From contig LT649351.1 of NCBI GenBank assembly GCA_900128395.1, positions 1 through 34,154 on the forward strand: a stretch of 34,154 nt of DNA, read 5' to 3'. Source of the stretch: Stramenopiles sp. TOSAG23-2. Lineage: Eukaryota. Positions within the stretch are counted from its first letter, which is position 1; every line of letters begins with the position of its first letter. The position numbers and the translations under genes were made by a program. Below the pieces are notes generated by a model. It saw nothing but the letters and a program-made list of their open reading frames with translations. It was not told the DNA's origin and did no database searches. Of the stretch, positions 1 to 8,795 are shown piece after piece.

Positions 1-323
1 GGAAGTCCACAACAATGTGAACACACCACAAACAAAATAAAGCTTTCTCGCACTTCTATAAATGGTGCAATGCTAAAGTCACCATACATACACCTTCGTA
101 GAATAATCATTACATTTTTACACAGAGCACCACATACTATTATGGTAAAAACAAACAGATATTACATAGAAATATCATTATTATATAAATAATTCTCATA
201 CATATATACATTCATCATATACATTCATCATCATCATCAAATGTATAAAAAAAGAATATCAACAACAACAATTGAAAAAAATATATTTAGTACGTACATC
301 ATACACACACATATAAAACAAGC

Positions 324-1151
324 ATGTCGTATTTAAATGCCGCGAAAAAAATTTCACAAGGTGTATTAGGTCTTGGTGTAGCAGGTGTAATTTTACAAAA
401 TTCTTTATATGATGTTGACGGTGGTGAAAGGGCTGTGATATATGATCGTTTTCGTGGTGTATTGCCAAAAGTAAAAGAACCAGGGATGCATTTTAAAATG
501 CCATATATACAATACCCGCACATTTATGATGTAAAATCTAGGCCTAGAACTGTAAATACATCGACCGGTTCCAAAGATTTACAGCAAGTTAATATATCCT
601 TACGTATATTATCACATCCTATACCAGATAAAATACCAACTATTCATGGTGAAATTGGACAAGATTATGACGATCGTGTATTGCCATCGATTGCACCGGA
701 AATATTAAAAGCAATTGTGGCACAATACGATGCAGAGCAATTGATTACCAATCGCGAGCAAGTATCACGCGAAATCTCAGAAACATTAATTGAAAGAGCT
801 GGACAATTTCATTTAAATGTCACCGATGTATCTATTACACATTTAACTTTTATGAAAGAATTCGAACGTTCTATTGAACATAAACAAATTGCACAACAGG
901 AAGCTGAACGTGCAAAATTCATTGTTGCCATGGCAGAGCAAGAAGCAAAAGCAGCAGTTATACGAGCAGAAGGGGAGTCTGAAAGTGCAAGAATTATTAC
1001 AGAAGCATTATCAAAATCAGGTGAAGGTGTCATTCAAGTACGTCGTATTGATGCGGCAAAAGAAATTGCAACAGCATTGGCTGGATCAGGTAATGTTACA
1101 TATTTACCAGGTCAAGGTAATATGTTATTAGGATTAAATTCTGGAAGGTAA
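324..1151 (+). CDS. PHB1: Prohibitin 1 (SPFH/band 7 family, mitochondrial inner membrane), 275 aa
   Basis: N-terminal hydrophobic anchor, then SLYDVDGGERAVIYDRFRGV, TGSKDLQQVNISLRIL, DYDDRVLPSI and the coiled coil KQIAQQEAERAKFIV...AEGE. These are PHB1-type prohibitin motifs, and the length is typical. Confidence 0.95.
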   Translation: MSYLNAAKKISQGVLGLGVAGVILQNSLYDVDGGERAVIYDRFRGVLPKVKEPGMHFKMPYIQYPHIYDVKSRPRTVNTSTGSKDLQQVNISLRILSHPIPDKIPTIHGEIGQDYDDRVLPSIAPEILKAIVAQYDAEQLITNREQVSREISETLIERAGQFHLNVTDVSITHLTFMKEFERSIEHKQIAQQEAERAKFIVAMAEQEAKAAVIRAEGESESARIITEALSKSGEGVIQVRRIDAAKEIATALAGSGNVTYLPGQGNMLLGLNSGR

Positions 1152-1304
1152 ATATATATATATGATATTATATATTAATATATTAAAAATATAAAAAATA
1201 CAAATGCTTTTGTGTGATGATATATGATGATGATGAAAAAAAAAAAAAAGAAGAAAAAGAAAAACTTGATATTGTAGCGTTATGCATGTAATGAAATTTA
1301 GATG

Positions 1305-1324
1305 ATATATATATATATATATAT
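1305..1324. repeat. (AT)n microsatellite; similar tracts near 1483-1500, 3487-3504, 8710-8729 and 11379-11402, plus mirrors
   Basis: Dinucleotide runs read directly in the intergenic DNA. Confidence 0.9.
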
Positions 1325-1955
1325 GTATGATTGTAATATATATATAGTAGAAAAAAGAAAAAGAAGAAGTTTCTAATACATGATAAAGTAATATATTATT
1401 ATTGTGGAAATACGTGATCCATTAATTTTTGAAAGAATGAAATGAAAAACGTTTTTTTTTTTTGGATGGTGTATGACACAATTATATATATATATATATA
1501 CACATATGTGTATACATATTTTGGTGTGTGTAATATGATGTATGTATTTATATGCATACGGTGAGAGGCAATAATGGTTAGAAATAGCTTACGAAAAAAA
1601 GAAAATGTGATAATGTAAAAGAAGCTTTGTGAGAGCTGGGAGAGAAAAAATATGTATTACACTCGAACGTATAATTGTGTGTGCGGTGTATATATTTATT
1701 TTTAAAATTTATATATATATATAATATATATTATACTCGTATAAAATATATATTATATATAATTATTATTATAAAAATTTGATACGAAGAGGGTATTATT
1801 CGCGTGTGTGTAATTTATTAAAAAAATACAAAGATTGAAATAATGGAAATTAGAGTGATTGATTTTACATTGATTTTTAGAATAAAAAAAAGCCTAAAAG
1901 CCTTCATATCGCCATACCTCGTAGAAATATTTAAAAAAAAATAGTATACGTGTAT

Positions 1956-2255
1956 CTATTTTTTACGATTCGAACTAGATTTCTTTCTACCAGCACCATT
2001 ATTACTTTTACGACCACTATTGCGATTATTATTCCCCACTTTATTTGACTTTGTCTTTGATTTTGTATCAATACCGTCTCCAATTTTTTGTTTCAAGTTT
2101 AAATGTCCTAACGCTTCTTCAAATTCTATTGTCTCCCTTACACCGTTTTCAAACCGTTCATTCTCTGGCTCTTCATGTGTATTCATTGACGCTCCTCCTA
2201 AATCTGAATGTCTCATCGCTTCCAATGCATCTTCTTCATCATCCGTGGAATCCAT
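1956..2255 (-). CDS. Hypothetical small protein, 99 aa, acidic N-terminus and basic low-complexity C-terminus
   Basis: The ORF is more GC- and purine-rich than its flanks. The start context AAAAGATGG matches that of the USP gene, and it fits the alternating gene orientation. No family recognised. Confidence 0.55.
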   Translation of the reverse strand: MDSTDDEEDALEAMRHSDLGGASMNTHEEPENERFENGVRETIEFEEALGHLNLKQKIGDGIDTKSKTKSNKVGNNNRNSGRKSNNGAGRKKSSSNRKK

Positions 2256-3540
2256 CTTTTGTTATGTACAATAATATAATTGATGATGTTTTCAATAGTG
2301 TGTGGATATATCTCTATACATTCATTCTATATATGGATAAATATAATTTCAATGATAATGTATAACAAATATATAATAATGGATGATTTAAATATGATAG
2401 TGCGATACAGCATTAGCATAATAGTCGAGGAGTACCAGAGAGTACCTCGCCGCTTTGCGTATAAGCAAATACAGTACAGTATTATAGCATGAAACTTTAA
2501 AAAACAGGACTGCGTTCCATAAGCAAAGCTTGAAAATTTAGATCCCCCCACTCCCCACTCAATAAGATCGATCAATATGTCTAAAATTTCTATCCTTCCT
2601 ACCACACAGCATATAATTTGACCATTGAAAAAAACAACATGGTACTATTGGATAAGTGTCTTACGATATGAATAGCATTGTGCTGATGTAAATCATTCGC
2701 AATAAGGACCATGACCATATAGATAATACACAAAAAACAATTAAAACAAATAAAACAAAACAACAACAAACGATAACAACTGAACCATCTGCAATGACAA
2801 GTGTTGCTACGATACATTCTCAATAAAAATTGAATATGTATTTAATGACATAGCAATAAACCAATATAATGAATTTCAAGTCAGTTTGATGGTTCGTTCA
2901 CAAAAAATTTTAATCACAATCATGATTTTATACGAGGTTCTCCTAAATTCTGTATTCTATTGCCACCTAAAACAACCGTGGTAGCTTGGGTTTTACCCAA
3001 TTATTTCAAACGTCTAATAAACTGGTACCTACTGTAGCTCTAGCCATGCTAGCCCAGCTAGTGTACTATATACCTAGTACCTAAAATATAGGTGATAGGT
3101 GAAGTAAGTGCAACTGTAGACACAATAATAATGCTACTATGAAAATATACAGCTCCACACAGGCTTACCACTACTGGCTACGCACTTACCAGGCTTACAA
3201 TACTGTACAGTACGTTTTTGATACAGTACGCGCTCTTGCATCGTGTTGATGCCGCGGAGAAACCATTGATGGGAGAAGTATAAGTTGATGTACGCCTGCT
3301 AGCTGGCTGGGCTGGCTAGTAACGTATTTACAGGTAAATATCATTATCGTGCGTGCATTTATCGATAAATAATGTTACTTTCTTTCAAATACAACAACAT
3401 ATATATAATACATACATCTGTATATCGATACAAAAAAACAATAACATACAATATTATCATCTTTATTATTACAATAATCATCATTAATATATATATATAT
3501 ATATACGGTTTATTTACCATTTACAAAATAAAAAGAAAAG

Positions 3541-4496
3541 ATGGCGAAAAAAATAACAGTAGGAGTGGATGGTTCAGAAATTGCACATATGGCATATCAA
3601 TGTGCAGCCTATTTACGAAAACCAGAGGATAAAATTGATGTATTTCATATATCAACACCAGGGAAAGATTATTTGCCATATGATTTACAACCGGATTATA
3701 TAAAAGAAAATTATGACAATCTTTTAATTTCATCTGTGCCAGAAGATAGACGCACGGTAACAATTGTTGAGAAAAAAACGGGACAAAGTACAAAAGGTGC
3801 TGTATGTGAATATATTAATAATGCAGATGAAAAAACTGACTTTTTAGTTGTTGGTTGTGCAGGACGAAAAGGACCAAAAACCGATCCAACTATATTAGGA
3901 TCAACAACTGATTATTCACTAAGAGCAGCACATTGCTCATGTATCATAGTGAAGAAGAAGATGGAAAAATTTGCTGAAGCGGAAGAGAGATCAAAAGCAA
4001 AATTTATGGCTTGTGTTGATGGTAGTGATAATTCACATAAAGCATATACCGAAGCATGTCGTATTGCATTTGATACAGATGAACTAATAATATTACATAT
4101 CTATTCTGCTGAAGAGGCAGAAGTTAACGACGATGGAATCACAAAAGCGGATGAGATTACTAAAAAATATACTGATTTAGGTCGTGGTACAGTCAAAATT
4201 GTCGAAAAAATGGGAGGTACATCGATATCCAAACAAATCTTACAAGTTGCTACAGATGAGGAAGTTGATTTTGTTGTTGTTGGTGCTGATGGTATGGGTG
4301 CATATTTAAATGGGTAAGTTTAACAATATGCTACAAGTACAGTATATTTAAATGATACGTATATAAAAATTTACTCTAACAGATTTTCACTTTACCACAA
4401 AAATGCAGATCTCCTAAATTGGGATCAGTCAGTGATTATGTTGCTAAAAATGCAAAAATGGGAGCAATTATTACAGAAGTATTAACATCGTCATAA
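3541..4496 (+). CDS. Tandem universal stress protein (two USP domains), 286 aa, join(3541..4313,4409..4496)
   Basis: Domain 1 has ITVGVDGS...DFLVVGCAGRKG...LGSTTDY. Domain 2 has FMACVDGS...VDFVVVGADG. Splicing out 4314..4408 restores SPKLGSVSDYVAKNA..., the missing C-terminal USP motif, with TAA at 4494-4496. Confidence 0.92.
4314..4408 (+). other. Spliceosomal (U2-type) intron, 95 nt, phase 2, in the USP gene
   Basis: Donor GTAAGT at 4314, branch-like CTAAC at 4376-4380, acceptor TGCAG ending at 4408. It removes an in-frame TAA and restores the LGSVSDYV motif. Confidence 0.9.
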
Positions 4497-5191
4497 AAAA
4501 ATAAACACCGCGTAAAGAGAAATAGAAGAAGAAAAATGAATACATGTAGTATTTTACCATATTATATTTAATATGTAGTATAAAATGCACATGAGAAGAC
4601 AATATGATGAAAAGAGCTTTTTCTATGATAAAGAGCCAATGATATATATATAGTATCTATGGAAGCTCTATAAAACAAATGATAAAGTATATATGTGTAT
4701 GTGATGATACGAGTTCTCGTAACATAAAAAGTAGACACATATCGTATATAATTATAAAAAAATGTGTAAAAAATAAAGAAAATTTTTTAAAAATAACACA
4801 TGCCTATAAAATTTTTTGAAAAATAAAATATATCCCCCCACATATGATTATATAATCATATACGCATATTTTTTTATTTTATACGCGTGTATACAGTGTG
4901 TACGAGAAGTAAAAATCGTACGGTTCGCGTAATATATATATTATATATTCTTTCGTACGAAGTATATTATACGAGTCGTATGCATATCATATTTGTATCA
5001 TACACTTTTCATCCAAAGTAAAATTAAAAATTGCATATGTAGAGGTCTCTAAAAATACGCGGATGTTACTTTTTTTTTGTGTGTGTTTCATATTTTTTTT
5101 AAAAAAAATACGAGAGTATAATTCTTAAACATGCGTAAATTAACTTTTTAAAATTATAAACACATAATATTTTATAAGAGAGTATATTTTT

Positions 5192-8128
5192 TTATATCGA
5201 TGTAGTAATAGAATCACCATTTCGAATCAGTTCAGCAGTAGTATCCTGTTGCTGAGGCTCCTTCCCTAAAGTAGTTGTCGTATTATTTGAACGTAATTTT
5301 CTTCTCTTTTTACGCGTATTATTATTACCACCATTGATAACATTATTGTTATTATTATTTTCACCATCATTATCATCATCACCTTCTTTTGCTACAGATT
5401 GCTTTTCGATATTCGTGGAAGTAGTATCAACATCATCATTAAATACACTTCGTTTATTTAAATTAGAACCATACATGCCTTTTTTTCGATTGTTATGGAT
5501 GGTTAATTTTTTTTTCAATTTTATAATATCTTTTTGAGCTTTGATATATTTTTTTTCCCATTCATCCCTTTCGCTTTCAACTTTTTGTATACCCTCAATA
5601 TACAATGATTTTTTTTGCTTTTGTTTCTGCGCTTTACGGATGGCTTTTTCTGCTAAATGTTCCACGTGATCTATGTAAGTACGATAATCCTCAATTTCCT
5701 TTACTAATTTTTTCGCCATGTTGGCTAATTCACCACGTTGATGCAATATACTTAATTGCTGTTTGCTTTTATTCAATTTTTCATCTTTCATTTTCATTTG
5801 ACTAATTTTTGCTTTACGAGTTTCGTTTTGATAATGTAGACTATCGATTTCAGCATCCAAACGTTTTCCATCAGCTTCTAGGACAGCGATAGCTCTAGAA
5901 TGTGCTAATTGTTTGATACGCTCCCCTAGCTGTGTCCTGGAACTATCCAAATCAGCCCTTAAATCATCTATGACTTCCGCCTCATGCATTGCACTCGTTT
6001 CAATATGATGAATGTTTGCATTTAAAGTAGCTTTTTCCTCCGCGTGTTTTGTTTCAGATACCAACAATCTTTCCCTTAATTCTTCCACTTCCTTTTTTAA
6101 ACTTGGATCTGATGAAGCATTTAAATTACTCATCTGTTCATTGATTATATTTTTTTCATCACCATATTGTTTATTTAATGTATCAATAGTATTTCGTAAC
6201 GATATTGCTTCATTACAAGCCGAGATGTTATTTTCTTCTAATTCTTTTACTTGTTCATTTCGTTCCATTACTTGCTGTTGCAAATAATTGATTTGTCTGA
6301 TTTTTTCTCTTAAAATAGCTGATTGTGTATTATTCATCAAGAACATATTGTTGTTACTATTACTATTGCTACCATGTTTATTATAGTTTATTATATTATC
6401 ATTGTTTTTATTGTTCATTGGATCATTAATATTACCAGCAACCGTAGTAGTAGTAGTAGTAGTAGTAGTAGAATGTCTTGCAACATTACGTATCATTCGT
6501 GCTTTCGTTGCATATTCTAATGTCATTAATGTTTCACGATAATGTTCTGATGTTGGATTTATATGTGCTAAAAATATTGTTTTTGAATTGCCACCTAATG
6601 AATCTTTTAGTAAATATGTTAATTTACTATCGCGATATGGAGCCAACCATAAATCCGTATTGCTATTTGATAATGTCATCAATACATTAGATAAACATGA
6701 TAAAGATAAGTTAATCGCTTGCCTTTCTTTCAACTCTTGACCACTTGTACTAGTCACGGATAATCGATCGCTACCAGCTAAATCAACAATATGAAATTTA
6801 GAGCGACTTACTATCGTATTATCATGCAAAGATTTTGTTACATAAAATGTAACGATTGCATGTGATCGAGAAGATGCTTTATTATTACAATGTCTTGCAC
6901 TGTTACCTTTTTTAATTTGTAAAATAGCTTGTTCTGCAGAAACAATGTTTGTACGTAACGAATCGGTCCCAGTCAACGTTATACCATTTCGACCTTTATC
7001 ATGCAATTCAATAGTACCATGCCGATTATTGTTATTACTACTATCATCGTCCTCGTTCATATATAATAAATCTTGAAAACGATTATTGTATAATTCAACA
7101 TATCCAATGGATACATCATATGTCACATTTGCAGAGGCACGATCTTTCATACCAAGAAATAGATCTGATACAATGCGTGGCAATATGCCACTACATTTTG
7201 TATTGCCCATAATTGTATAGGTTTTCCCCGTACCAGTAGCACCATATGCAAGTACGGTTGCGTTGAAACCATCTAAAACAGAATTCACTAATGGTTGAAC
7301 TTTTTCATATATTAAATTTTGAGAAACATTACTTGTTAATGTATTACTAATAACTGAATCAAAATGAAATGCCTTTGGTTTTGGACGTTGTGGTGTTCTC
7401 CATGGTGTGCCATGACCATGCGATGATGAATAACGTTTTCTCATTGATGCAGGTGCAATACCATCCTTTGGTGCTCTTAATGTTAAACCTTTTGATGATT
7501 GATGAACTGTAACTAAATTTTCATCAATATTATCATTATTTGTATTATTATTAGGTAATATGCGTACAATCAATTCTACAGGAGCATGGATACTTGTTGT
7601 TTTTGTCTCAAGAATAGCATTATTTTGCACTTGATATTGTGAGCTATTGTACCTATTTTCATTTGTATTATCGTCGTTACCAATATTGTTGTTGTTGTGG
7701 CGAAAAGGTGACGAATGGGTTGTTGTCCCTTGCAATGGATTTGGCAACGACGTAGAAGAAAAGGATGATACATAGTTGAAATTATTGTCGTTATTGTTGT
7801 TTGGTATTTGATTAATTTTTGAAAATAAACGATTTGGTTCACCTGTTGTTATTGAATTGATATTATTCTTTGCTGAAGGCGAACCAATCAAGTTATTTGT
7901 CGTTGTATTTGACCCAAATAAGTTTTTGCTGTTATTTGTATTGTTTGACATAGATAACAAGTCTTTACCTATAAATGCTAATAACTTTTGTTCGTGTTGT
8001 TGTTGTTGTTGTGAAATACTACTACCCTTTTTACTATTTTTATTTTTGTTGATTAATTCAACTAAACTTTGTGGTTTATACTTTGTACCTTTATCATCTT
8101 TTAATAAAGAGGAAAACGATGATTTCAT
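5192..8128 (-). CDS. Kinesin motor-domain protein, 978 aa (Asn-rich N-terminus, motor, coiled-coil stalk); loosely kinesin-8-like
   Basis: GFNATVLAYGATGTGKT (P-loop), SSRSHAI (switch I), VDLAGSDR (switch II), PYRDSKLTYLLKDSLGGNSKT and ETLMTLEYA, followed by a long heptad-rich region. The subfamily call is only suggestive. Confidence 0.95.
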   Translation of the reverse strand: MKSSFSSLLKDDKGTKYKPQSLVELINKNKNSKKGSSISQQQQQHEQKLLAFIGKDLLSMSNNTNNSKNLFGSNTTTNNLIGSPSAKNNINSITTGEPNRLFSKINQIPNNNNDNNFNYVSSFSSTSLPNPLQGTTTHSSPFRHNNNNIGNDDNTNENRYNSSQYQVQNNAILETKTTSIHAPVELIVRILPNNNTNNDNIDENLVTVHQSSKGLTLRAPKDGIAPASMRKRYSSSHGHGTPWRTPQRPKPKAFHFDSVISNTLTSNVSQNLIYEKVQPLVNSVLDGFNATVLAYGATGTGKTYTIMGNTKCSGILPRIVSDLFLGMKDRASANVTYDVSIGYVELYNNRFQDLLYMNEDDDSSNNNNRHGTIELHDKGRNGITLTGTDSLRTNIVSAEQAILQIKKGNSARHCNNKASSRSHAIVTFYVTKSLHDNTIVSRSKFHIVDLAGSDRLSVTSTSGQELKERQAINLSLSCLSNVLMTLSNSNTDLWLAPYRDSKLTYLLKDSLGGNSKTIFLAHINPTSEHYRETLMTLEYATKARMIRNVARHSTTTTTTTTTVAGNINDPMNNKNNDNIINYNKHGSNSNSNNNMFLMNNTQSAILREKIRQINYLQQQVMERNEQVKELEENNISACNEAISLRNTIDTLNKQYGDEKNIINEQMSNLNASSDPSLKKEVEELRERLLVSETKHAEEKATLNANIHHIETSAMHEAEVIDDLRADLDSSRTQLGERIKQLAHSRAIAVLEADGKRLDAEIDSLHYQNETRKAKISQMKMKDEKLNKSKQQLSILHQRGELANMAKKLVKEIEDYRTYIDHVEHLAEKAIRKAQKQKQKKSLYIEGIQKVESERDEWEKKYIKAQKDIIKLKKKLTIHNNRKKGMYGSNLNKRSVFNDDVDTTSTNIEKQSVAKEGDDDNDGENNNNNNVINGGNNNTRKKRRKLRSNNTTTTLGKEPQQQDTTAELIRNGDSITTSI
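6444..6471. repeat. (GTA)n coding microsatellite encoding poly-Thr just after the kinesin motor domain
   Basis: GTAGTAGTA... run that translates on the minus strand as STTTTTTTTT. Confidence 0.9.
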
Positions 8129-8795
8129 GATTAGAATAATTTGTTTTTATTATTGTAAATGTTTCTATCTTTTTGATTGAAATCCAATGTAATTATGGTT
8201 CTTTGTTATATATGTTTTGCTATACCTCCACTCTTTCACTGCTGTATATTTATCTCTATTTCTTGTATAAAAATTTCAAAATGTACTATAATTAATTCTA
8301 TAGTTATTAATAGTAGTACGTACTTACTATTCTATTATCAGAGCTAAGAAGTTATGTGTTTTTTTCCTTGAAGAAAAAAGACGAAATAACTATAAATTAA
8401 AGTACAACATTAGTATACGGAATAATAGGAGAGCTAATAACGGTTTTAACACTACATTATCATTACAAATCATGTCGTTAGGACACTGTGATGTATACCA
8501 GGTATACTGAGCGGTACTGCGGTATGTTTTTCAACAACCAAAGAATAACTACTTGTAATTTGTATTCAAAGATCAATAATATTACCATACTAATTACATA
8601 TTAACAAAAACATGCACCTAATAACGTCCATATATATCACATATATATACAGATATATAACTTAGATATACTAGTAACAGAGAACGTAGATATAGAAAGT
8701 AGAAAGAACAATATATATATATATATATACATAGGAAGCAATCATTCATTTATATTTATATATTCACAAATATATCAATACAATTTCCTTCAAAA
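8129..8795. promoter_or_regulatory. Divergent intergenic region (putative bidirectional promoter) between kinesin and UFD1; equivalent regions at 2256..3540 and 14338..15672
   Basis: Inferred from head-to-head gene orientation only; no specific promoter element identified. Confidence 0.5.

Noticed and set aside
1-60. Window ends as telomeres or terminal inverted repeats of a virus, Polinton or linear plasmid
   Set aside because: There are no telomeric repeats and no polymerase, integrase, capsid or protelomerase gene. The inverted repeat spans the whole window and all recognised genes are cellular housekeeping genes.
1-110. Open minus-strand frame MIILRRCMYGDFSIAPF... running off the window edge
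   Set aside because: It fits the alternating orientation but is only 36 codons with no recognisable motif, so it cannot be supported.
2403-2521. U6 snRNA-like words in the correct order (CGATACAG, ATTAGCAT, GCGTTCCATA)
   Set aside because: The essential ACAGAGA box and the internal stem-loop sequence are missing and the spacing is wrong. Probably coincidence; cmscan would settle it.
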